Below, piece by piece: positions 11,166-20,779 of a stretch of DNA of 22,209 bases. This DNA comes from Ionaspis alba (taxonomy: Eukaryota): positions 62,001 to 84,209 of the forward strand of contig CAXUUL010000008.1 in assembly GCA_964255285.1 (NCBI GenBank). Direction: 5' to 3'. Position 1 is the first letter of the stretch; each line of letters opens with the position of its first letter. A model generated the notes under the pieces. The model ran no database searches. It had not been told where the DNA came from and was given only the letters and a program-made list of their open reading frames with translations. The translations under genes were made by a program, and so were the position numbers.

Positions 11166-11847
11166 TCCCAGGGAATCAGGATCTTGGCGCAGTACATTGC
11201 TTGTAGTGTAGTCGATTACGTTTATTTCATTAGGTAGGGGAGAGGGGAAATGGTTAGAAGAACAATCACAATGATCATCCGCAATGCTAATCATAATAAC
11301 AAGAATAAGAACAATCATCGTGGTCTCAGCGGGAAGAAAGCATCACTCGCTAGTAGGAGATTGTTGAATCAACCAATGCATCGGCAGGGCCAAGCTTTTG
11401 TTTGTTTCGTTGCGGCTGGCTGCAGTCGGGAATCTGCTATCGAAGTCTAATTATTGATCACCAAACTACAGAGTACTATATTGTTACATACTATGATGAT
11501 GATCATCATCATCCGCATCAATAATAAGAACAACACTCCCATCTATGCTATTTATTCCATTATTGATATTGACGCGTCTTGGTATGTACAGCATGGCATG
11601 GCCAATGAGAACGACCAGCTTATAGACCAATACCCGTAGGTAGCCATCCTGCAGGGTTCAGGATTCGAAACAGCCATGCTCGTCCCTTCGTGCTTCGCGC
11701 TTGGAAAGTATTACCGCTACTTGTTCTGCAGTACTACCCCTTTGTCGAGCAATAATCTCGGAGAGGAGAGCGAAAGGGAAAGGGGAAACAGGTAGAAGGC
11801 AAAACGAGATGAGCCGGAGGTCAGGAGCATGGTGGGGTTCGACGGTT

Positions 11848-11872
11848 CGAGGGGTGCGAGGGGTGCGAGGGG
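11848..11872. repeat. Short tandem repeat of CGAGGGGTG (~2.8 copies)
   Basis: cgaggggtg cgaggggtg cgagggg. Confidence 0.7.
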
Positions 11873-13028
11873 CAGCACAGGGATGATGATACACACGAGG
11901 CCATGCGCCAACTGGGGTGGTCCTTTCGATGAGGGAATGAGTCCCTGTTCCTCCAAGGGCCTCGGCTGCTTGGCTGCTCGGCTGCTCGGCTTGGTTGACC
12001 CTTTGGAAGAGGAAGAAATCCGGAGGACTACTCTACGGAGTAATAAACAAGAATGAAAAGCTCCTTCAACCTTGCCAATTCGATACGCCTTGGATAGATA
12101 GACACAAGCACGAACGGGGGAAATCAACAAACCAACGACCCTTCATCTTGACTTCGATATGCACATGCTCCCTGTGCCAGCCACCGTTATTCCACCAAAC
12201 ATGACTGGGTTATCTACACGCAGACCGATTATGCCCAGATCAACGGCTGCATGGATCTTCTCCTGTGTGGTTCGCGACCGAACGGTTGAACACGGGGGAG
12301 TTAAGCCCGACCTCACAATTGGTCCAGCAGGCGTGTCCGCAATCGGTGGCCAAAAAAAAGCCTGCACTCATCGCTCAAGCTCGGGGATGATCGATCCATG
12401 AAATTTATTGCGTCAGCCCATATACCTGACATGAACACCTCCTCTGGACACGAGGCCAGTGGAAGCTACCACCACTATCACTACTTCATCGTCACGCTTG
12501 ACGCAGCCCTCAATCGGAAAATGGTTACCACGCATGGAGGAGGTGCGACGCGTCTACTCTGGCCCCGCACGTAGCTCGTGCGATGGAAACGACACGAGGA
12601 AGGGTTCAGCAGCGAAGTCGAAGTCGAAATCCCAAGTAATACATTGTAGACTGTAATTGGCATTGCTGTTATATTGTAGCGCTGAATGGCAATGAACGAT
12701 CCCTGAGGAAGCGGAAAGCAGCCTTGCAGAGCCGTGGGCAGCAACCCTCGGACGTGTCCCACCGGACTTCTCCGCACGCAGGCAAGGTCGAAGTCCCATA
12801 AATCATGGCGAGAAAGATGCCCATATAGGTAGGCCCTTTGGGAGGTTTTGCTTATGTCAACTCGACCATCTACTCCCCCGGATGCCTCAGATTCCCCAAA
12901 GATTCGCCACAAAGTCCGCGCTCGAAATGCCATCGTGATCCTCCGCTCATCAATTAAGGTATACATACCATTTCACCTTCCCCACAACCCCGAGCTTTTC
13001 CGTCGCCGCCGCCTGCAAGTCGTCCAGC

Positions 13029-13763
13029 ATGGACCCCACGTATCCGGAAGACGGGGAAGCAGACATCGCCGCGCAGATGGGATTTACTTCCTTTGGCGTT
13101 CAGCCCACCGCAAAGAAGCGCAAATACAACCCGGCAACAGATGCCGTCACCGCTGTTTCAGCCACCCTACCCCACAAATCCCCGTCGCCGGTAGACATGC
13201 GGACGTCGAACAGAGGGGGTGGGAGAAGAGGCGGGGATGGGAGAAGCCTCGCTTCTTCCGGAGCTCGAGATCGGGACAGGAGTGGGAGAGGTCAAGGGAG
13301 CGGGACCAACAACACGCCGCTCGGAGATGGACGGACACGAGAGGGATCGGGGTCGAGAGGCGGAGAGGATGGCGAGCGAGGATCGACGACAGCGGCACCG
13401 ACGACAGATGCGGACTACCATTATCCGGGTCATACGGACGACATCTCACCTGCGAGCCCGGCTGCCATGGGGGACCCGGATGCTACCCCCGGACAGGCCG
13501 AAGACAGGAAAGAAGAGTCTGCGCGCTCGAATGCTCGCTCCACAGCGGGCGTGGTGAAGGTTGGAGCGGAGGCAAAGGGCCACGGCGAAGGCCCAGCAGT
13601 AAAGAGCAGCGAGGCTGGGGCTGGGGAACAGCGAAACAATCAGGCGGCTTTGCGGAGGGGTGTGAGGAACGAACGGGGAGATGTGGCCTATTACGACGAG
13701 AGTTTCGTCGAGGATCCGTGGAAAGAGTTGGAAGAGAAAAGAGGGAAGGGGAAGAGTGGCTAA
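13029..13763 (+). CDS. Conserved hypothetical nuclear protein, 244 aa, intronless (N-terminal MGFxSFG motif, NLS, RGG-rich middle, C-terminal MPLKIP-like motif)
   Basis: Open ORF preceded by a CT-rich leader. Motifs: IAAQMGFTSFG, KKRKY, RGGGRRGG and ALRRGVRNERGDVAYYDESFVEDPWKEL. Confidence 0.85.
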   Translation: MDPTYPEDGEADIAAQMGFTSFGVQPTAKKRKYNPATDAVTAVSATLPHKSPSPVDMRTSNRGGGRRGGDGRSLASSGARDRDRSGRGQGSGTNNTPLGDGRTREGSGSRGGEDGERGSTTAAPTTDADYHYPGHTDDISPASPAAMGDPDATPGQAEDRKEESARSNARSTAGVVKVGAEAKGHGEGPAVKSSEAGAGEQRNNQAALRRGVRNERGDVAYYDESFVEDPWKELEEKRGKGKSG

Positions 13764-14420
13764 GAGGGAAAGGGGCCGCTTAGATGGGCTGTTGATTGGC
13801 AACTCCAGCACCGACGACGCAAGTAAGGCGTTCGTTCCGCAGCCAATCCAGGCTTAGGAAGGGCGTCTCTACTCGTATAGGAGGCTGAGCCAGCCTTCCT
13901 GGCAATAGACTTGTGATACAATTAAACAAATATAATGTTGCCGGAAGATTGCAGCAAAGGCGAGTAGGCCACGATCTAAGTGAACTGCCGAACTTCGTCG
14001 TGCCACTACGTGTGACGATGCATCTTAGAAGTTCTCCCGTTGCCATTGCATATGAGACATCTTTCTACCACGTGGCCTCTGCTAAAAGCGGTACAGCAGG
14101 AAGTAGTCCGTCAGCTCTGGCATCGCAGGCAGAGCGACTCGACTGTCCACGAAACGATCGCGTGTTATGCACGGCGGATACTCAACAAATGATGACAAGC
14201 CACCCCCGGATGTGGCGGGCTCCAAACAGGCGCACGCAACCCCGGGGATGCTGTCGTTGTGCAAAAGCAGCGAGAGACTGTTTCAAAAAGCGCTAATCCA
14301 GGGAATAAGCGAGAGCAGTCACAACGTCCTCCTTTCCGCAAGCAAAGTCATATACGCCGCAGCAACATCCAAAACCTCCAACAACGTTGACTCAATCTGT
14401 CCCTCGCGGCAGAATGGCTC

Positions 14421-15149
14421 CTAATAGCCATTCGATGCAGGATACCTCTCTGACGCCGATTTGTAGGCCGCAGGACATTTGCGGGCTGCTTTGGCATTGA
14501 GAGTACTGCCGCTCGTCAGTTGTTGCAATGTTCCGTTCGATCTGCAGGACGTGCGCAATCTTTGACTCCTTCAGCACACTACAGAAACAAGGACTTACGT
14601 GACTCGCTTCTGCGTCCACTCGAGATCCCGTCGGACTTCTTTGGCGGCTTTCATGCCGTCGGCAAGATTGGCACGCGTGCCACGCAGTCGACGTTGAGCC
14701 AATGCCTGGAGCTCAAGCAATTCTCGCTGCTTGGCGTTTAATTCTCCGGATCTGCCCCAGGTGAACAATCGTACGTCGGTCGTTTTGCCAGGTTGGTTGT
14801 ACAAGGCAATTGGTGGTACTCACGTCTGCGCTTGCCTGGCAAGACTTCTGTCGAGCGGCAAAGGATCAACCACGCTTCCAAGACGATCCGTCATCATCTC
14901 GATGAGGTCAACCCCATGAGCCCCGGAATGCGATGTCTCGTTGTCGCCGGACGCACTCCCGGCATAGCTCCCGGAGGTCAGGGACGGTACGGCGGACGTG
15001 TTGATGCTCGAACCGGCACTCGGTGGCGAAAGTGATGCGCGACTGTATGGTACGCCCGGAGCTGGAGGAGCATAGTATGGCGATTTCCCCGGCATGGAGA
15101 GCGGCATCGGAGGAGTGGTAACGTGATACATGGTTTGTGTAGCAGGCAT
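14421..15149 (-). CDS. KXD1: KxDL-domain protein (BLOC-1/BORC subunit KXD1), 187 aa; exons 15149-14824, 14751-14599, 14505-14421
   Basis: Spliced protein: VDLIEMMTDRLGSVVDPLPLDRSLARQAQT|SGELNAKQRELLELQALAQRRL...AAKEVRRDLEWTQKRVT|TLNAKAARKCPAAY. Introns are GTGAGT..CAG and GTAAGT..ACTGAC..CAG. Total 564 nt in frame. Confidence 0.9.
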
Positions 15150-15420
15150 GGTGATTGTGGACTTATGGAGGAAGTGGAAGGAAAGGAAGGCTTGGACGTT
15201 ACAAGATATGGTGATGACTGGGGCTGTGGAAAAAATGTGGTGGTGGGTAAGGTAAGTGATGTGTGGATGGCAAGGTGTTCAAGTAAGAACGGATGTACGA
15301 CAAGCCAGCGAGACAGTGTTTGCACTGGTAGAAGGACAAAATGATGGTTTCGGTGGCAATTGAGTAGAGCAATGAGAAAGGAAGAGGAGGGAAGAAGTCG
15401 AGGAGTCCTGCTCGACCCCC

Positions 15421-15430
15421 CTTTTATACA
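15421..15430 (-). promoter_or_regulatory. Candidate TATA box of KXD1
   Basis: TGTATAAAAG on the minus strand ~275 bp upstream of the ATG, followed by a CT-rich tract. Confidence 0.4.
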
Positions 15431-17442
15431 CCACTCCGGTGCCCTAATCATCGTCGATGACAACAGGAACTGTGATGCCTACCTGTTCACATGTCCCCGT
15501 CAACCCCGCTTTGAAAGAGTGTAAGCTGCATTATCTGCTCCGACTAGCCCGCAAACCCGTGCTCCGCGGGCGTTGGTCCCTCCTGTCATAGGGTTTGGAC
15601 ACCCTCCACGAGGGTTAGAATTTCCAGTCAATCCCTCGCTGCTTAAAGGATGAGGACAGGCTAGCAGAGCCAAGCGCAGCCATTGGTGCGATTACAGTGG
15701 ACCGCGGCTTGATAGACCTGAGCAGCAATGTCGAGCGTGAGGTTGTGGAGCCATGCCCTCGATCATTGGTGGTGGAGGTGGTGAAAGTTGACTTCATGAG
15801 CAGTGATTGCCTGCGATGATGGACGAGTATCGAAACCGGTATGGTCACCATCGATCCATGCACTCGGCCTTATTGGCACGCGCTGCCCAATTTCTGTATG
15901 GCAGCAGCATGTCCGATGCGTTGTCGTCCGCTTAAAAGCGTGTGCATGCCCAACGGCTTTCCGTCTTCGGTTGTAGGAATAATGATCCGATTGTCCGCCG
16001 GCACGGGGCTGCTATTGCTCAGCACTGGAAGGTCTAGCAAGAGAAAATAGCATGGCTTCCCAGCGCGGAGAAGATGCATGGAATACTCAAACTGGAAAAG
16101 GCTGGCTACTCTACAAACGATGGCTTTTTCGGGTAGAGTAGTTAGTCCACAGAGCGGTGTCGATGTTCCTTTCTGGCTACGGCTGCGTGCCTTGCACTAG
16201 TCCTCTGCGTGTGGGACGGTTTAGCCAGGTGGAACCTTTAGCATCCAGCCAGCCCAGACATTTATACATCACTTCCATGCTTCGACGGCCTCCTTCTCGA
16301 ACTCTAGCACAAGATCTATAGGTATTCAAGATAGGACTGGTAGCACATTCTTCGAAAGGAATCGTAATCCTCCACAGCTCCCCCAATATGAGCTACCTAC
16401 AGCCAACTCCGCATTGGTGGAATTGCGGTCACCTGACCTATACCCTAGTCTGTGATTCAAAGACAGCCAGACTAGAATGGGTGCTCTTTTTATTGCATAT
16501 GGTTTTGAATGTAGTCCATAGCTAGTCCTGCAACATGCACGCACCACTATCTATTTCCGCAGTATCCCTCATCGCCTTGAACATAATCCCCTAATTCTCA
16601 GAGTTGCGCAGATACACACGTGCGCGCCCACTAAACTCCAGCCTTTTGACTTGATAAATATTTGTCACATTCCATTACATTGCGGCTTCAATAAGTATCA
16701 GATCTTCTTGGGTGTTCCCTCCGCCTAATGAAAGTTTAGTCAGAGGACTTTCAGCAAGTTGGGCTCGAGCTGGTTCAGAGAAACATTTTGTCAGCGGATG
16801 GCAGGTTCACGGATTGGAAGGATAGCATTGTGACCGGCCACTCTACCAGGGACATCTATCCTTCTAGGATATATCTTGGAGGGACCTAGAACCCAATGTC
16901 TTGCTATTGTCAAGGTCATTAGTGGAGGTGTATCATTGCTGGACGAAGTTTTTCGGTTGGCTTTGAAAGCTCGGCTTCCCTCGCACAGCTCATGCTTGCG
17001 ATCATATAACGTGCATCATTGACCATGCAAAGGCCTGCAGCTCCCATGTCTGCTGCAACTTGGTTCCTGATTTCAAGCACAGGATAGCCACGCAGATGAT
17101 TCTTAATTCGAGTAGAGGCACTTTCGATGAGCATGCAGGACTACGATGCAAGGGACTCTCTCATGTCAACAATCGTGGCGGCTTTTTCTTGTGTGGGTTG
17201 CATGTTATCATAGTGGTTCCTGCAATGGTGCTTAGCCGTCAAAGTCGAGGTTGATTAGCCATCGAAGCAGAATGTTCGCGGAAGAGCGTTGTGGGATTGG
17301 AGAGAGAGTCAGAACTTGTTCTGCAGTACGGCAACAGGATTTGTTTTTCTCTTTTCGATAAGTGTGCGCTCTCGATGACAGTGTATGGAAACATCTGAGA
17401 GATATGGAGAGCAAAGAGCTAACGGGCAGTTGCAGACGAAGC

Positions 17443-17472
17443 GCAGAGTTATGGCTTGCAGAGTTATGGCTT
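17443..17472. repeat. Perfect 15-bp tandem duplication GCAGAGTTATGGCTT x2
   Basis: Read directly from the sequence. Confidence 0.8.
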
Positions 17473-17697
17473 ACAGTATGCGTATTGCGAAGATGGGGAG
17501 GAAGAAGGCACAAAGGGAAGGGTATGGTTGGGTGCCCTTCAGGAAGCTTAATAGAGGGCTCCAGGTAGCATCGTTAGCTGGCCAGGGTGTCCTAGCGGGT
17601 ACCACTTGGTACGGAGTAAACCTGGGGACCAAAAGTAGCACGACTGTGGAAGTTCAAAATCAAAGCAACACAAGCACCACCCCTCAATCCCTTCTTG

Positions 17698-17860
17698 CTC
17701 TACCTCTACCTCTACCTCTACCCCAGCTACCTGCTCTGCGTCCTCCAGCCTGCATCCCTTCTTCTCTTTTACCTGCATATCCGCTACCAAACCGTTCAAC
17801 CTTTGCCAGGCCACCCAGTCTCTCTCTCTCTCTCGCTCTATCTTTCTCTCGCCTTCTCTT
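17698..17860 (+). promoter_or_regulatory. CT-rich promoter / 5' UTR of the TBC gene, with (CTCTAC)4 at 17698-17721 and (TC)8 at 17819-17834
   Basis: Pyrimidine tract and microsatellites directly upstream of ATG 17888. Confidence 0.55.
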
Positions 17861-17887
17861 CTCAACACGTCCAGTTCCGCTCCACAC

Positions 17888-20370
17888 ATGGCGCAATCGA
17901 AGACAATGGTACCTGCGAGATTCTCAAGCTCTTGACACTTGAACGGTCACTTCAAGAGTCGTGTAATGGCCATCGCCATTCCTTCGGACCGCGAAGGCAT
18001 TCGTGCCGTACCATACGAGAAAATAAAAGCAGGCAAACCGCCAATACCCATCACTGTCGCTCCGCCACCTCCCTCGTCCGCACGTCTCGGGGTACATCCC
18101 CTGATGCGCCCCACCACTTCACCAGACTCAAGCCTGGTCGGTAGCACCGTACGATCGAGGGTGCAAGATGACGTGAGGCGAGACTCTGGTCTTGCGACTT
18201 CGAGTTCGACTGCGCGGGAGTCCCGTACTACCCTCGCCACAGATCCGGACTCCACTGCTAGCATTAAGAAATCGCCGAGCTTGCCCAGAGTCGCCGCATA
18301 TGATGGAGCTCTACCTAGCTCACTGAGGAAGGTCAGGAACTGGAGCGGCCCAAAAAATAGCAAAGCTAGCGTAGCTGAAGAAAGCATAAGGCTGCCCGAC
18401 GTGCCTTTCCTGGGCATCACCACTCATATTCCCACCAGCAGCCTTGAAGATCTGACAACGCCTGGCACAGTCGAGTTTTCAAATCGAGGAAGCATGTTGA
18501 TTGGTGGGAAACGGCTTCATGAAACGCGCGGAACTGTCAACGGCCATGCAAGAGTTCATGGACGAGCGCGCAAGCCAAGCATCTCGTTACTTTCGAATGC
18601 TTCCCATGTCCCTGCACGCATACTTTCTGCTGATGACGAAGTTCTTTCGCAGAAGGTGCGCTCGATGTACGAGTCTGGGACGGAAGGCGAACCGAACCCA
18701 AGCCGAGAGGGCTCTCCAAGGGTAAAAAACCTGGGAATACAGGAAGAGGATATCGACGCCACAACCAAGGTACTCGGAACCCCACCTGAATCCCGAGAAG
18801 CGGAGAAGCCGAACGGCTCCGCCTTTACCCAGGTCTTAATGAGGTCGGCCCGGCCGCCCAGCTTTGGCGAACGCGAGAACCATGAACTGGCCGGAGGCAT
18901 TGAAGACTGGCACGAGATTGGAGACGGCGATGTGGACCGCTACGGATTCATTGTTCCGAAGGCTTCCTATTCCCGGAACCACCTTCCTAACTCTGCGCCT
19001 AGTGACTCCCAGGAGCCTCCACGATTACAACGCGTTTCTACGTCTCTACAACTCGCGTCGGAAGCTCCGAGAAAATCGAAAAGCCGGCTTGGAAGATCTT
19101 CTTCAGTCAATGGTTCCGCACGCTCCGCGTATACCACGACAAAGGGATATCCTCGTCCTATGTCGTCGCAAAGCTCTCAGCGGAGCACCGGAAGTCGGTC
19201 CGGCTCCCGGATGCGCTCTGCCACAAACAGGCTACCTTACAATCGGGAAAGGAGATATATGGATGAGGCGGGAGACATGCTCACCTTGCCGCCCGGATTG
19301 GCTGATATAGCAGAACACCAGGAAGGTGGCAAGGCAATGAATGAGCTGAAGCGGAAGGAATGGGCACGGGAGGAGAAGTGGCGCAAGATGGCCAAGGTTG
19401 TCAAGAGCAATAAGATCGGCGGCGGGATGTCATTCGAATTTGATACCAAGAACGCAAAGCTCATCGAGAGAACTTGGAAGGGTATTCCTGATCGATGGAG
19501 GGCGACTGCTTGGCACGCTTTCCTCAGTTCGAGTGCAAAGCAGCATATGGGCAGTGTGACGGATGAAGAACTTATCGCTATTTTCCACGAGCTGATCCAC
19601 CGTGGCTCACCGGATGACGTGCAAATCGATATCGACGTACCCAGGACCATCAATTGCCACATCATGTTCCGGCGAAGGTACCGAGGAGGCCAGCGACTGC
19701 TTTTTCGAGTCCTACATTGTCTTTCGATCTACTTCCCGGACACAGGCTACGTGCAAGGCATGGCAGCGTTGGCCGCCACTTTCCTCTGCTATTTCGAGGA
19801 GGAGATGGCTTTTGTGATGCTGGTCCGGATGTGGCAGCTCCGGGGTCTGGCTAGATTGTATCAATCCGGCTTCGACGGACTTATGGAAGCATTAAACGAA
19901 TTCGAGAAGAAGTGGCTCGATGGCGGTGAGGTTGCGGTCAAGCTAGTAAGTCCTTGGTACTAGGGAGCTAGTTTATGAACTTCTACTGATTACTTGGTCG
20001 GCAGAACGAGCTCGGCATCTCCCCTACGGCGTATGGAACTCGCTGGTATCTGACCATATTCAATTACTCCCTCCCCTTTCCCGCGCAGCTCCGTGTCTGG
20101 GACGTCTTTCTCCTGCTCGGAGACAACTCCCCGGAGGCCTCTTCCAGCCCTCAGGATCTTTTAAGCCACCAAGGCGATGCCTTCCGAGGCGGTATCGATG
20201 TCTTACACGCTGTATCCGCTGCCCTTATTGACGGCACACGTGAGATCTTACTGGATTCGGATTTCGAGAACGCAATGAAGGTATTGACTAGCTGGATCCC
20301 TATCCGAGACGAAGAGCTGTTGATGCGGGTAGCCAAGGCAGAATGGAAGATGCATCGTTGGAGAGTATGA
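17888..20370 (+). CDS. TBC (Tre-2/Bub2/Cdc16) domain Rab/Ypt GTPase-activating protein, ~791 aa; exons 17888-17908 (tentative), 17957-19945, 20005-20370
   Basis: Motifs DVDRYGF, WKGIPDRWRATAW, Arg finger IDIDVPRT, Gln finger GYVQGMAALA, YGTRWYLTIF and LRVWDVFLLLG. Intron 19946-20004 is GTAAGT..ACTGAT..CAG. The 21-nt first exon is tentative; ATG 17966 is the alternative start. Confidence 0.93.
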
Positions 20371-20779
20371 GGCCAGGCATCAAGGTCGTACGGCCTTCTC
20401 CGGAAAAACGGTCCCTGGACAGCTAGTTGTCCGATGGCGCCTGACAATTCCCCAGTTACGGTCCTTTGGGGGTTTTCCATTATTGCATGAATATAGAGTC
20501 GCACGAGAGCGTTGATGGGAAAGTTGGGCCCACCAGGATGGACCAGAGTTGACTTGCCGCAACATTGTAATGTGGGGAGGAGGGATCTGTGGGCCTCGAG
20601 GTCGATTATCGGAGATACCCTTTTATACAACAGAACAACTCAATCACATAAAGCTTTCCTTTAGGCAGAGCAACTGATATCCAAGTGAACGGGTAAGAAA
20701 AGGAGCCGCCATCTTAGCAATTAAAGGATATCATGATTACGCGTCCGATGTAGATAAGTTGTACCGTTGTCCATTGCAC

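Noticed and set aside
10965..11318. N-terminal extension of ORF 10677-11318
   Set aside because: It is the translated CT-rich leader; the signal peptide begins at ATG 10964.
12755..12775. GAGAAGTCCGGTGGGACAC (minus strand) resembling RNase P RNA CR-I
   Set aside because: I could not find CR-IV, CR-V or a P4 partner.
12848..13783. 311-aa Arg/Gly-rich ORF
   Set aside because: It is an alternative frame over the 13029-13763 gene, which carries the recognisable motifs.
15611..15618. CTAACCCT on the minus strand as a telomerase template
   Set aside because: It is only ~460 bp upstream of the KXD1 ATG on the same strand, leaving no room for a kb-scale TER, and I saw no boundary helix.
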